Source: an uncultured bacterium (GTDB lineage Bacteria > Krumholzibacteriota > Krumholzibacteriia > Krumholzibacteriales > Krumholzibacteriaceae). From it: DNA of 64,000 nucleotides. This document shows, in pieces, positions 10,104 through 20,707 of this stretch. The stretch is taken from contig CAVVEY010000022.1 of NCBI GenBank assembly GCA_963747385.1, forward strand, positions 11,739 through 75,738. The letters run 5' to 3'. The stretch's first letter is position 1. Each line of letters starts with the position of its first letter. The notes beneath the pieces are model-generated. The model worked only from the letters and a program-made list of their open reading frames with translations, ran no database searches and was not told the DNA's origin. The position numbers and the translations under genes are program-made.

Positions 10104-11033
10104 TTACCGTCCCGGCGGGCGATCCTTCCCGCCGTTTCTGTCGTTCCTGGGAAATCTGCCGCCCCTGTCGTTTCTCTCGTTCTTCTCGCCCTTCTCCCCC
10201 GCGTCGTTTTTCTCGATCTTCGCGGGGCCCGGATCCTTGCGCAGCTCCTCCTGCAGAACCTCGAGCTTGACCTCGACCTGGTTCTTTTCCGCGTCGCTCA
10301 GGATAACGGTCCGATTGAATATATCGACCTTCTCGATGCGGTGCTCGCCGCCGAAAACCCGTATCTTGCTCCCGATCTTCGGAATGTCCTTCGTGAGATC
10401 CTTGTAATACTCGAGCTCGTAGTCGAGGCAGCACATGAGGCGCCCGCACGCGCCGGAGATCTTGGACGGCGTGAGCGGAAGATTCTGATCCTTCGCCATC
10501 TTGAGGGACACCGGCTCGAAGTCCTTGAGGAACGTCGCGCAGCAGAGGCGCCGCCCGCACATCCCGATCCCGTCGAACCGGCGGGCCTCGTCGCGCACGC
10601 CGATCTGCCTGAGATCGATGCGCGTGCGGAACACGCCGGCCAGGTCCTTCACGAGCTCGCGGAAATCGATCCTCCCCTCGGAGGTGAAATAGAAGGTGAT
10701 CTTGTTTCCGTCGAACTGATATTCGACGTCGACGAGCTTCATCGGCAGCTTGTGCTCGGCGACCTTCTGCTGGCAGACCTTGAGCGCCTCGGATTCCTTC
10801 GTCCGTATCTCGTTCAGATGCTCGACGTCCTTGTCGGTCGCGTGGCGGAGGATCTCCTTCATATCGGCTTCGATCTCGCCCGTTTCCGCGCGCGTGAGCG
10901 ATATGATCTGGCCCATGTCCTCCCCCCGGTCCGCCTGGACGACGCAGTAATTGCCGGTCCGGAGGTACAGGGCCTTCGCGTTCCGGTAGAACTCTTTCCG
11001 CTGCGCCTTGAATTGCACTTCGATAATTTCCAT
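10104..11033 (-). CDS. yaaT: PSP1/YaaT (RicT) family protein
   Basis: FYFTSEGRIDFRELVK, IGVRDEA, GMCGRRLCC and SGACGRLMCCL motifs. Confidence 0.92.
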   Translation of the reverse strand: MEIIEVQFKAQRKEFYRNAKALYLRTGNYCVVQADRGEDMGQIISLTRAETGEIEADMKEILRHATDKDVEHLNEIRTKESEALKVCQQKVAEHKLPMKLVDVEYQFDGNKITFYFTSEGRIDFRELVKDLAGVFRTRIDLRQIGVRDEARRFDGIGMCGRRLCCATFLKDFEPVSLKMAKDQNLPLTPSKISGACGRLMCCLDYELEYYKDLTKDIPKIGSKIRVFGGEHRIEKVDIFNRTVILSDAEKNQVEVKLEVLQEELRKDPGPAKIEKNDAGEKGEKNERNDRGGRFPRNDRNGGKDRPPGR

Positions 11034-11043
11034 AGGCCTCAAT

Positions 11044-12174
11044 CTAATACCACGCGCGCGCCAAATCAAGAAACAGATGAGAGAGCGTCAGCTCCATGTC
11101 CGCGTTCCGGCGGAGGCTCCCGATCGCGGAGGATATCTTTCCGACGTCGCCGGGGAGATCCCGCGCGGCGGCCGCCGCGAGCCGCTCGGGTCCTATCGCG
11201 TCCGCGAGAACGCCCTTCTCGGACTCTCCCGCGCGCCCGTCGCGGTTCCTGATAATGAGACCGAAGAGAATCGTCATCTCCTCGAGAAGCTCGGCGATAT
11301 CCTCGCGCGAGTAGCCCCGGTTGCGCCTCCTCGCCTCGCTGTAGCCCGCGAGCTCTTCGGCCTCCGCGATCAGATCCTTCGACTTCCCGTCGATGACGAG
11401 CCGGACGACCGCCGCGGCGTCCTTCCAGATTCCGAGGAAACGCTCCTCGAGGAGGTTGATGCCGCGGCGAAGGTTCCCCTGGGCGAGGGCCGCGAGCCGC
11501 TTCGCTTCCTCCTTCTCGACCGCATAGAACTCCTCGAGAAAGCCGGCGATCGCCCCTGCCGCGAGCGGATCGAAGCGGACTTCGTGGCAGCGGGAGCGGA
11601 TCGTCGGAAGAAGCCTGTCGGGATACTCCGTCACGAGAACGATCGCGGCGGAGGGCGGAGGCTCCTCGAGCAGCTTGAGCAGCGCGTTCTGGGCCTCCAC
11701 CGTCGCGAGGTGCGCCTCGAAGATCGCGACGACGCCGCGCCTCCCCTCGAACGGGTGTTTGGAGAGCGCCTCGATGACGAGCCGCACGAGATCGATGCCG
11801 ACGCTCCGGCCCTTGTTGCCGAACTCCCCCCGGGCGAAAAAGTCCTCGCGCCTGCTCTCGAGAACGAGCGGGAGGCCGGTATCGATCTCGCCGTGGGGGA
11901 GGGGATAGATGAGATGGAGGTCGGGGTGCTCGAGGGTCCGGATCTTCGAGCAGGCTCCGCATCTCTCGCCGGCGCCGCACGCCCCCTCCGGGCCCCGCTT
12001 CTCGCAGTTCAGCGCGGCGGCGAGCTTCACGGCCATGAGCTCCTTGCCGGCGCCCTCGGGCCCCGCGAAAACGAGCGACGGGGGAAGCTTCCCCGAGGCG
12101 ACGAGCCCTTCGAGGAGCGGCCCGACGCGCGGTTGCGCGCGCGCGATCGCCTCCGCTGCAGCGAGAATATCCAT
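11044..12174 (-). CDS. holB: DNA polymerase III delta' subunit
   Basis: GPEGAGK, zinc-binding Cys residues, HPDL, AQNALLKLLEEPP and LLPTIRSRC motifs. Confidence 0.92.
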   Translation of the reverse strand: MDILAAAEAIARAQPRVGPLLEGLVASGKLPPSLVFAGPEGAGKELMAVKLAAALNCEKRGPEGACGAGERCGACSKIRTLEHPDLHLIYPLPHGEIDTGLPLVLESRREDFFARGEFGNKGRSVGIDLVRLVIEALSKHPFEGRRGVVAIFEAHLATVEAQNALLKLLEEPPPSAAIVLVTEYPDRLLPTIRSRCHEVRFDPLAAGAIAGFLEEFYAVEKEEAKRLAALAQGNLRRGINLLEERFLGIWKDAAAVVRLVIDGKSKDLIAEAEELAGYSEARRRNRGYSREDIAELLEEMTILFGLIIRNRDGRAGESEKGVLADAIGPERLAAAAARDLPGDVGKISSAIGSLRRNADMELTLSHLFLDLARAWY

Positions 12175-12239
12175 GCTCGACGCACCCTCCCGAACTTCGG
12201 CGCTTCCGCGGCCCCGCGGGCGGCCCCGCGGGCGGCCGC

Positions 12240-13442
12240 CTATCTCCCGAGCCACTCGGCCGGGTCGAGCGCCTTCTTCGATTTCCGTATCTCGAAATGG
12301 AACGCGTTCCCCGCTTCCGCCGCCGCGCCTCCCGCCTCCGCGATGACGTCCCCCGCGTTCACCATCGCATCCTTCTTGACGAATATTTTCGACGTATGCG
12401 CGTAGAGCGTGTAGTACCCCTGGCCGTGCGCGACGATGATGCAGTTGCCGAAGCCGGGCAGCAGGCTCGCGTACTCGACCTTGCCCCGGGCGACCGCGCG
12501 GACGGGGGATCCGGCCCGCGCCTCGATGTCGACGCCCGGATTGAACGTCACCGTCCCGAACTCGGGATGCTTCGACTCGCCGAATCCGCGCACCCGCTTC
12601 CCTTCGACGGGCGGGTTCATGCGTCCCTTGAGCGCTGGAAAATCCTTCCCGGCGGTCGCTTCCCAGGCCTCCGGGGCGCCCGCGGTCCGTTCCTTTTCGA
12701 ACGCCTCGATGATGGCCAGGAGATCCCGCTCCGCGCGCGCGAGCCGCTCGATCCTCTTCTGGGAACCGGTCTTGCTCGTCTTGAGCTCGGCGAGCGATTT
12801 TGTGCGCTTCCGCTCGTTCGCCTTGAGACGCGCGAGCTCCCGCTCCTTCTCGCGCCGCGCGGAGGTCGCCTGCGCGAGCGATTCCGTGAGGTTCGTCTCC
12901 CGGCGGGCGATGTCGGTCTTTCGCTGGCGGACCTCCTCGACGAGGTTCGCGTCGCGCTCGGCTACCAGCGCCATAAACTTGTACCGCTGGAGAAGGTCTC
13001 CGAAATCGTTCGCCTGAAGGAGCTCCTGCCACGTGTCCTGCGGCCCGCTCTTGTACATCTCCCGCAGCCGCTTCGCGAGAATGACGCGGCGACGGTCGAA
13101 CACCGTTTCGCTGTAATCGAGATCCTTCCGCAGGCGCTCCACCTGCTGTTCGAGCATGCCTTCCTTCTCCGAGATGCCGGCGAGGAGCCGCTTCGTGAGC
13201 TTCTCTTCCCGGTCGAGCTTCGCCAGATAACCGGCGATGTCCTTTTCCTTCCGCTCGACCTCCTCGATCTTCTTGCGCTCCGCGGCGATTTCCTCGCGGA
13301 GCTTCTGAAGCTCGGCGTCTTTCGCCCTCATCCGTTCGTCGAGGGTGCCCCCCTCCTGCCCCTGGGCGGCCGGCCCGGCAGCAAGCGCGCAGAGCAGCGC
13401 GGCGAGCGGGACAAGCGTCTTGATGGCATCCTTCCAGAGCAT
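12240..13442 (-). CDS. envC: EnvC-like murein hydrolase activator (coiled coil plus M23 domain)
   Basis: Signal peptide, long coiled coil and a C-terminal M23 domain with degenerate NPGVD; lies downstream of ftsEX. Confidence 0.85.
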   Translation of the reverse strand: MLWKDAIKTLVPLAALLCALAAGPAAQGQEGGTLDERMRAKDAELQKLREEIAAERKKIEEVERKEKDIAGYLAKLDREEKLTKRLLAGISEKEGMLEQQVERLRKDLDYSETVFDRRRVILAKRLREMYKSGPQDTWQELLQANDFGDLLQRYKFMALVAERDANLVEEVRQRKTDIARRETNLTESLAQATSARREKERELARLKANERKRTKSLAELKTSKTGSQKRIERLARAERDLLAIIEAFEKERTAGAPEAWEATAGKDFPALKGRMNPPVEGKRVRGFGESKHPEFGTVTFNPGVDIEARAGSPVRAVARGKVEYASLLPGFGNCIIVAHGQGYYTLYAHTSKIFVKKDAMVNAGDVIAEAGGAAAEAGNAFHFEIRKSKKALDPAEWLGR

Positions 13443-13464
13443 GATCGGACCGCCTTCGGAGCCG

Positions 13465-14334
13465 TTACACTTTGAGGAAGCGCCGCATCGCCCCGTAGCT
13501 CGCGAGGGCGCCGAGCAATGCGCAGAAGACGACGAAACCGAATATCGAATCCCCGCGCAGGAACATCAGGCCCGGCAGGAGGCGCTTCGCGAACGCGTGG
13601 ATCACGGCGAGGAGCGCGATCGCGAGGAGCGAGGACACCGCTCCCTGGAACGCTCCCTCGACGAGGAACGGGATACGGATATACGCGTTCGTCGCCCCGA
13701 CGAGCTTCGCCACCTCGATCGTCTTCTGCCGCGTGAGAACGGTGAGGCGCACCGTATTCGCGATGACGAATATCACCGAGAGAAGGATGATGACGCCGAG
13801 GCACAGATCGACGACGTAGAAGCCGCGGACGAGCTTCTCGCCGCGCCCGAGCCATTTTTCGCCGTAGCGGAACTCCTCGACGCCTTCCCATTTTCCCACT
13901 TCGCCCGTCAGTTTCTCCAGGTGTTCGGAGCGGATGTACTCGGGCTTCAGCTTGATCCGGTACGCGTCGGGAAGCGGGTTGCTCCCGAGAGCGTCGAGCA
14001 TGTCCTTGTTGTCCCCGAGCGCCTGGCGGTAGGCGGTGAGCGCCTCGTCCCGCGAAACGAAGACGACCTCCGCTACTCCCTCGAGCCCGAGGAGCTTCAT
14101 CTGGATCTCGCGCGACGCCGCGGCGCCGACGCCGTCGTCGAGATAGACGTAGGCCCGCATCTCCCCGCTCGCCCGGTCGATGACCGACTGCACGTTGAGG
14201 GTGAGGAGGATGAAAACGACGAGAATGAGGAGGCTCAGCCCCATGATCACGATCGAGAAGCCGTTCGCCGCTTTCCGGCGCGCCATCATCGTCATCGATT
14301 CGCCGACCACGTACCGCAGCTGATTCAGATTCAC
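13465..14334 (-). CDS. ftsX: Cell division permease FtsX
   Basis: NPLPDAY, ANTVRLTV and LVGATNAYIRIPFLVEG motifs; four TM segments. Confidence 0.93.
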   Translation of the reverse strand: MNLNQLRYVVGESMTMMARRKAANGFSIVIMGLSLLILVVFILLTLNVQSVIDRASGEMRAYVYLDDGVGAAASREIQMKLLGLEGVAEVVFVSRDEALTAYRQALGDNKDMLDALGSNPLPDAYRIKLKPEYIRSEHLEKLTGEVGKWEGVEEFRYGEKWLGRGEKLVRGFYVVDLCLGVIILLSVIFVIANTVRLTVLTRQKTIEVAKLVGATNAYIRIPFLVEGAFQGAVSSLLAIALLAVIHAFAKRLLPGLMFLRGDSIFGFVVFCALLGALASYGAMRRFLKV

Positions 14335-15119
14335 CGGCGATCCCCCCTGTCCCCCGTTATGTCGCGATCCTCGAGACGATCGGCCTTTTCGCTGATCTTC
14401 GAGTCGGCGATCCTGTCGCGCAGATCGCCGACGTAGATCATATCCTTGTCCTTCACGACCCGGCCCCCGTCGAGATAGATGATCCTCTGCCCGAAACTCT
14501 TGACGAGGTCGAGGTCGTGCGTCGCCATGAGCACGGCCGTGCCGCCCGCGTTGATCTTGAACAGGAGCTCGAGAATGCTCCGGGTCACGACCGGATCGAG
14601 ATTGCCCGTCGGCTCGTCGGCGAGCAGCACCGAGGGGCGGTTGGCGACGGCCCGCGCGATCGCGACCCGCTGCTGCTCGCCGCCCGAAAGCTCGTGCGGA
14701 TAATCGTACCGCTTGTGGTAGAGCCCGACGCGCATGAGAATGTCGGTGACCTGGTGCTTGACGTCGCTGATGCCGGCGCCCGCGACCTTGAGCGCGAGAG
14801 CGACGTTCTCGAAAACGGTCCTGTCGTCGAGGAGGCGGAAATCCTGAAACACGATGCCGACCTTGCGCCGGAGATTCGGGATCGTGCTCCGTTTCATCTT
14901 CGTCGAGACGTGCTGCCCGACGACAACCTGCCCCGAGCTCGGGAAGTCGTCCATGTAGATCATGCGAAGGAGCGTGCTCTTGCCCGCGCCGCTCCGCCCC
15001 ACGAGGAACACGAACTCTCCGTTCGTGACCTGGAGATTGATGTCGTGGAGACTGAAGTGCTTCCCGAAATTCTTCGAGAGATGATACACGCCGACGATGA
15101 TTCTCTGTTCCTGCTCCAT
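14331..15119 (-). CDS. ftsE: Cell division ATP-binding protein FtsE
   Basis: [31 protein letters not shown] and ADEPTGNLD motifs. Confidence 0.94.
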   Translation of the reverse strand: MEQEQRIIVGVYHLSKNFGKHFSLHDINLQVTNGEFVFLVGRSGAGKSTLLRMIYMDDFPSSGQVVVGQHVSTKMKRSTIPNLRRKVGIVFQDFRLLDDRTVFENVALALKVAGAGISDVKHQVTDILMRVGLYHKRYDYPHELSGGEQQRVAIARAVANRPSVLLADEPTGNLDPVVTRSILELLFKINAGGTAVLMATHDLDLVKSFGQRIIYLDGGRVVKDKDMIYVGDLRDRIADSKISEKADRLEDRDITGDRGDRR

Positions 15120-15120
15120 T

Positions 15121-16147
15121 TCACACTTTCCCGCGGGCCGCGCGCCACGCGCGCCGCGCGAGGCAGCATTCCACGGCGAGGGCGAACGCGCTCGCGAGGC
15201 TTCCCGTTTCCGCCGTGCCCGTTCCGGCGATGTCGTAGGCCGTGCCGTGACAGACGGACGTCCGCACGATCGGAAGCCCGATCGTCATGTTGACGCCCTC
15301 CTCGAAGCCTCCCGCCTTGAAGGGAATCATCCCCTGGTCGTGGTAGAGGGCGATGAACGCATCGTACCCTTTCCTCTCCCATTTGTAAAATAGTGTGTCC
15401 GCGCTCAAGGGGCCGTCGACGAGGAGCCCCTCCGCGCGGAGCGCACTCGAGGCACGGGATAATCGTGTCGCGCTCCTCCGTCCCGAGGACCCCGCCGTCG
15501 CCGGCGTGCGGGTTGAGCGCGGCGACCGCGATTCGCGGACTCTCGACGCCGAAGAGCTCGCGGAGAGAGCTCGCGGCGACGCGCACGCCCGCCGCGATCC
15601 TCTCCGCCGTCACCGCCGAGGGCACGTCCCTGAGGGGGATGTCCCTCGTGAGGATCACGATGCGGAGGCCGCGCGATACCATCATCATCTGGCAATCGGG
15701 CGCGTCGAAGGCGTTCGCGAGAAGCTCGGTATGGCTCACCCTCGAGTAGCCGGCGAGCGCGAGGGCTTCCTTTGAAATCGGACCCGTGACGATGCCTTCG
15801 ACGAGCCCCCGCTTCGCGAGGGCGGCGGCGGTCTCGATCGCGAGGCCCGCCGCGCGGCCGCCCTCCGCCGTGGGGCGGCCGAGGCGATAGGCCGTATCCT
15901 CGCCCGTATCGATGTAGAGGGGGAACGAATCGGGCGCTTCGAGCCTCGCCGCCTCCGCGAGCGGAATCACGCGGGCGGCCCCGCACGCCTTCGCCGGGAG
16001 CCAGCTCGAGAGCGCCGCGTGCGCGCCGATGACGTACACGTCCGCGCCGGAGAGAGCCCGCGTCGCGAGGAGCGATCCCGTTATCTCGGGACCGATCCCC
16101 CCCGGATCCCCGACGGTGAGCGCGAGACGCACCCTGCTTTCAGACAT
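15121..16147 (-). CDS. pdxA: 4-hydroxythreonine-4-phosphate dehydrogenase (apparent +1 frameshift near 15445)
   Basis: [12 protein letters not shown] and LNPHAGD in one frame; YHDQG and [14 protein letters not shown] in the next. Confidence 0.93.
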
Positions 16148-16436
16148 CCCGTCCCCCGCCGCCGCCCGTGTCGATCCGGGCTTCCCGGATGACGCGGAAG
16201 AAGCGCTCGCGGTCTTTCCGCGACACCTGTCCCGCGGGAATTTCCAGGATCTCGACCGCCGTCACCGCGCGCGGATAACGGATCTCGATCACGTCGCCCG
16301 GCCGGACGTCCGCGCTCGGTTTCGCCTTTCTGCCGTTGATGGAAATACCGCCCGCCTCGCACCCCTTGTGCGCCTGGCTCCGCGTCTTCACGAGGCACAG
16401 CGCCTTGAGGAGCAGGTCGATTCTCACCGGGGTCAT
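16140..16436 (-). CDS. S4-domain RNA-binding protein (HslR/YabO-like)
   Basis: RIDLLLKALCLVKTRSQA...NGRKAKPSADVRPGDVIEI; this is the C-terminal 98 aa of the 16140..17042 ORF. Confidence 0.88.
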   Translation of the reverse strand: MTPVRIDLLLKALCLVKTRSQAHKGCEAGGISINGRKAKPSADVRPGDVIEIRYPRAVTAVEILEIPAGQVSRKDRERFFRVIREARIDTGGGGGRDV

Positions 16437-17855
16437 TCTCCCTTTATCGCGACGGTATAGCTCTTTTTGAGCTCCTCCACGTACGCGCTCATCTTTTCCA
16501 TGATCTTCTGCTCCATAAGGAGCCTCCGCACCTGGTTCTTCGCCTCGTCGTACGAGTACGTTCCCGCCTCGTTCCAGTCGAGGACCTTGACGACGCGAAA
16601 GCCCCTCTCCTCCTTCATGACCGGCGCGAGCCCGCCCGCGGGCACCCCCTTGATCGCTTCCTTGAACTGCTCGGGCAGGTTCTTGATCTCGACCGCGCCG
16701 AAGACCCCCCCCTTGTCCTTCGTGGCGTAATCGCCGGAGTACTTCGCCGCCGCCTCCGCAAAATCGGCGCCTCCCGCGATCTCCGTCCGAACGCGCTCGG
16801 CCAGCTTCGATGCCGTTTCGACGTCTTCCGGCGTCGGCGTGGCGCGCACGAGAATGTGCCGCAGGGTGACCTGGTCCCCCTCGACCTTCTCGATCTTGAT
16901 GAGATGATACCCGAACTCGGTGAGAACGGGCCCGCTCACCCGTCCCACGGCGACCTTGCGCGCCGCCTCGGCGAAGGGAGGGTTGTTGAGCTCGTCGAGG
17001 TTGAGGGTCCCGAGGTTGCCGCCGAACTTGGCGCTCGGACAATCCGAATACTCTTTCGCCGCCGCCGCGAACTCCACTCCGGCCTTGAGCTTCCCCTCGA
17101 TCGTCGTGATCTTCTCGACCGCTTTCGCGAGCACCTCATCGGAAGGCTTCGGCACGATGAGAATGTGCGCGATCGGATACGGTCGGTTCCTTCTGCGGGA
17201 ACTCGGACAGATGCGCCTTGTAGTATTCGCGCACTTCCGGCTCGGTCACCTTAACCTCCGGCAGTATCTTCTGATACTTTATCTTCTCGATAAGGAGAAG
17301 TGTCCTGATATTATCGCGGTACCGCTCGCGAAGCGCGTCCATCGTGAGCCCTTCCGCCGCGAGCTGCCGCTCGAACGCGTCGTCCCCCCCGATCTCCGTT
17401 TTCTTCTGCTCTATCCAGCGATCGATCGCCGCGTTCAGCTCCTTGTCCTCTATCCTGAGATTGTCCCGGTCCGCCTGAATCGTGAGCAGCGCGGTGGCGA
17501 TGAGACTGTTGAGCGCTTCCTGCCTCAGCGCTTTTTCCTCGTCGGGCGGCAGGGACGCGCGCTGCGCCTGGATAAGGAAGTTCCTGATCTCGTTGTCCAC
17601 TTCGCTCTTGAAAATCGCGCGATCCTCGACGGTCGCGACGATCCGGTCGACGATGCCGGGGGCGCTCGTCGCCGTGCCGGCGCCCGCCGCGCCGGCGCGC
17701 GTCGTGTCCCCCCACACCGTAATAACCCGCGCCGAATCGACCCGCGCCGTATCGACTCTCGCGCTCTGCGCGAGCGCGCCCGCGAACGGCGCCAGCGCGG
17801 CGATCGCGGCCGCGCATATCGCGCAGGCGGCCGCGAGGATCTTCCGGTGATGCAT
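16433..17855 (-). CDS. surA: SurA-like periplasmic chaperone/PPIase (apparent +1 frameshift near 17175)
   Basis: Signal peptide, VDRIVATVED SurA N-domain and two parvulin domains (FAAAAKEYSD, HILVR); adjacent to pdxA. Confidence 0.85.
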
Positions 17856-17874
17856 CGTTCCTCCTCTTTCGATT

Positions 17875-18787
17875 TCAGGGAGTCCCCGTCGTATCGGCGT
17901 CTTCGTAGGCCTCGGCCGTGTCCGCCCGCGGCTCGCTCTCCGCCGGGCGCAAATACGATTGGTCCTTGTACGCGATGTCGGCCTTCGCCTTGAGCGAGTC
18001 GAGGAGCTCGCGATAGGCCCTTTTCCGTTTCTCGAGCATGAGCGTGTTCATGATCTGCTCGCGCACGTCGTCGAGCCCGACCGAAACGAGCGCCTCGCGC
18101 ATGTCGTCGAGCCTGAAGACGTGGTAGCCGAAATCCGATTTGACGACCCCGGTGACGTCGTTCGGCTTCATGTCGAAAACGATCGCTTCGAGCTCGGGAA
18201 TCATGTTCCCCTTCGTGAGATAGCCGAGATCGCCGCCGCGCTTCGCGCCCGCGTCGATCGAGTAGCGGTTCGCGACCCAGGCCCAGCTCTTTGTCTTGAG
18301 AAGCTCTATCACCTGCGCGGCGTCTTCGGGAGTCCCCACGAGAATCTGGCTCACGCGGTACTCGTTCATGTACTCGCGCTCGTGCGCGGCGTAATACCCC
18401 TCGACCTCCTCCTCGCTCACCTCCGTCCGCTTCCGAAGCTCGGCGTATACGAGATAGTCGGCGAGGAACTGCTGCTCGAGCTCTCGCAGGCGCGCCTCGA
18501 CGTACGGGTCGGCCTTGAGGCCGCGGCGGAGCGCTTCCTGCCGGAGAACCTCCGTATCGACCCAGCGGCGGACAAACTCCCGCCGCTCCTCGAATGTCAG
18601 TGGAATCTGCTCGTCCTCGGGAACGAGCCTGTTGAGGTCGCCGCCGGTGAGCACGGCATCCCCCACCCGGACGATCTCGCCCGCATTCTCGCCGGGCGCC
18701 TTTCCCCGGCTCGTTCCCCTTCCCGCACCCGCCGACGGCAAAGAGCACGAGGAGAAAGAGGATTATCGCCTCCCGTGCCCCGATCAT
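17875..18787 (-). CDS. Parvulin-type PPIase lipoprotein (apparent +1 frameshift near 18705)
   Basis: Lipobox VGG-C in one frame; SQILV, GGDLGY and SDFGYHV in the next. Confidence 0.85.
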
Positions 18788-18802
18788 ATCAATGCGCCCG
18801 CC

Positions 18803-20575
18803 TTATCGCGGCATCTGCAGCTGCTGTTGCTGCTGCTGCTGTTGCTGCAGTTCCTGCTCCCGCGCCTTCTGCTCCAGCACGGCATCGCTCGGCCGCGTCC
18901 TCGAGAGATCCGTCTTCTTCAGGTTCCGCATGTTGATCTTGATCGCGAAATCCTTGCGCCATTTCACGAGTTTTTCCTTGAGGAGCTTCTCGGCCCGGTC
19001 TTCCTGCATCTTCGTCTTCATGGGCTGCGCGGCGCTCGCGTACGGCATCGCCTGGGGCGCCTCGATCTGCTCGACCTTGACGACCGCCCATCCCCTCGGC
19101 ACCTGGAACGGATCGGAGACCTGGCCGGCGGCGAGCGAAAATGCGATCTCGTCGTAGTCGGGGAAATTCCCCTTCGGGACGAGTCCCGTCCCGCCGCCGC
19201 TCCGGACCCCTTCGGGATCCTCGGTGAACTTCTTCACGAGCTTCTCGAAATCCTCCCCCTTGCGCGCGAGCGCGACGGCCTGATCGGCCTTCGCCTTGTC
19301 GCTCACGAGGATGATCCTGAACTCGCGCCGCTCCGGAGAGGAGATACTGGCCTGATTCGCGTTGTAGTAATCCTGGACCTCCAGATCGCTCACGCTGACC
19401 TCGTTCTTCACCTGGTCCTCGTAGAACTTCCACGTCAGCATCATTTCCTTCTTCGTCTGGAGCCCCTTCGCGACTTCGGGGATATCCTGAACCTTGAGGT
19501 CTTTTTCGACGTAGGTCGGCAGAGCGGTGTCCCATATGCGCCTGTGTATGGATTCGACGATCGCTTCCTTCCCGAGCTTGCGGCTCGGCCGATCGGGAAG
19601 ACCCATCTCGTCGAAAATCTTCATGTAATCCCTGAGCGTGTAGGAACCGTCCGCGTACTGGGCGAGAAGCATGTCCCGGTACTGCTCCGGGATCTCGAGC
19701 TTCGGCGCGTTGTCGCGCGTCACCTTGTACGTGACGATGTCTTGCATGGGGATGTCGGGCGGGAGGTTGTTGTATACGATGTTGATCGCCTCGGGATAGA
19801 TGGCCAGCCCGATATCCTTCTCGATCTTCTGCTTCATCTCGGCGATCATCTTCTTCTGCTTGTCCGCCTCGACCCTCTTTCGCGCGTACTGCAGATCCTT
19901 CTCGGGCGTGATCTTCCGGATAGTGTGAACCTTGAGGATCGACCAACCCGTCGGCGTCTGCAGGGGTTGGGTGATATCCCCTTCTTTCGCGTCCGAAAGG
20001 GCGTCCTCGATCCAGTAGAGCATGCCTCCGATTGTGCTGGTCCCCAGGAAGCCGCCGTCGCCGGCCTCGGGGCGCAGCGAATATTTCTTCGCCATTTCCG
20101 CGAAATCGGCTCCGCCGGAGAGCTGCTCGCGGATGGCGCGCGCCTCGTCCTCGTTCGCGACGAGGATCTGGCTCAGCTGGTACTCGTTGTGCATCCTGTC
20201 GAAGTAATCCTTCGCTTCCTGCTCGGTCACCTTGACCTTCTTCACGACGTACTCGTTCTCCATCGCGGCGACGAGGTACTGCCCTTTGAATCTATCCCAG
20301 AATTCGACGAACCATTTTTCCTTTTCGTATCCCGCCGCGAGCGCCTTGAGCGTCATGACTTCCTTGTTGATCATGATGTCGAGAAGCTCCTTCTTGCCCT
20401 CGAGATCGTTCGTCTTGGGCAGGAACTTCTCGTCCATCGTCGCGACCGCCTTGTTGAAGTCCCCCACGGTGATCTTCCGGTCGGCCACCTTGGCGACGAC
20501 GAGGTTCTCCTTCTTGCCGCATCCGAGGGAGAGCGCGAGGCCGGCCGCCAGGATGCACAGAATCGTTTTCTTCAA
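18803..20575 (-). CDS. Two-domain parvulin PPIase lipoprotein (PrsA/SurA-like)
   Basis: AAGGAG SD, TTG start and lipobox SLG-C; two rotamase domains; C-terminal poly-Gln. Confidence 0.87.
   Translation of the reverse strand: MKKTILCILAAGLALSLGCGKKENLVVAKVADRKITVGDFNKAVATMDEKFLPKTNDLEGKKELLDIMINKEVMTLKALAAGYEKEKWFVEFWDRFKGQYLVAAMENEYVVKKVKVTEQEAKDYFDRMHNEYQLSQILVANEDEARAIREQLSGGADFAEMAKKYSLRPEAGDGGFLGTSTIGGMLYWIEDALSDAKEGDITQPLQTPTGWSILKVHTIRKITPEKDLQYARKRVEADKQKKMIAEMKQKIEKDIGLAIYPEAINIVYNNLPPDIPMQDIVTYKVTRDNAPKLEIPEQYRDMLLAQYADGSYTLRDYMKIFDEMGLPDRPSRKLGKEAIVESIHRRIWDTALPTYVEKDLKVQDIPEVAKGLQTKKEMMLTWKFYEDQVKNEVSVSDLEVQDYYNANQASISSPERREFRIILVSDKAKADQAVALARKGEDFEKLVKKFTEDPEGVRSGGGTGLVPKGNFPDYDEIAFSLAAGQVSDPFQVPRGWAVVKVEQIEAPQAMPYASAAQPMKTKMQEDRAEKLLKEKLVKWRKDFAIKINMRNLKKTDLSRTRPSDAVLEQKAREQELQQQQQQQQQLQMPR
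18821..18847 (-). repeat. CAG/CAA trinucleotide run encoding Q9
   Basis: ctgctgttgctgctgctgctgttgctg on the + strand. Confidence 0.9.
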
Positions 20576-20707
20576 AGCGGGCTCCTTTCTCGTTCCACTG
20601 TTCGGCATGTGATGCCAAAGGCTCCCCGAGGGAGCCGTGCGCGACGGTAAAGCCGGATTCCGGGCGTGCCCCCGGGAGGGGCTGCCCTCCATACTGTTTA
20701 AACTACT

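Noticed and set aside
12208-12237. Short GCGGCCCCGCGG tandem duplication between envC and holB
   Set aside because: Low-complexity GC-only sequence, expected by chance or slippage in this genome.
18792-19157. Poly-cysteine ORF on the + strand
   Set aside because: It is the antisense reading of the poly-Gln codons of the PPIase.
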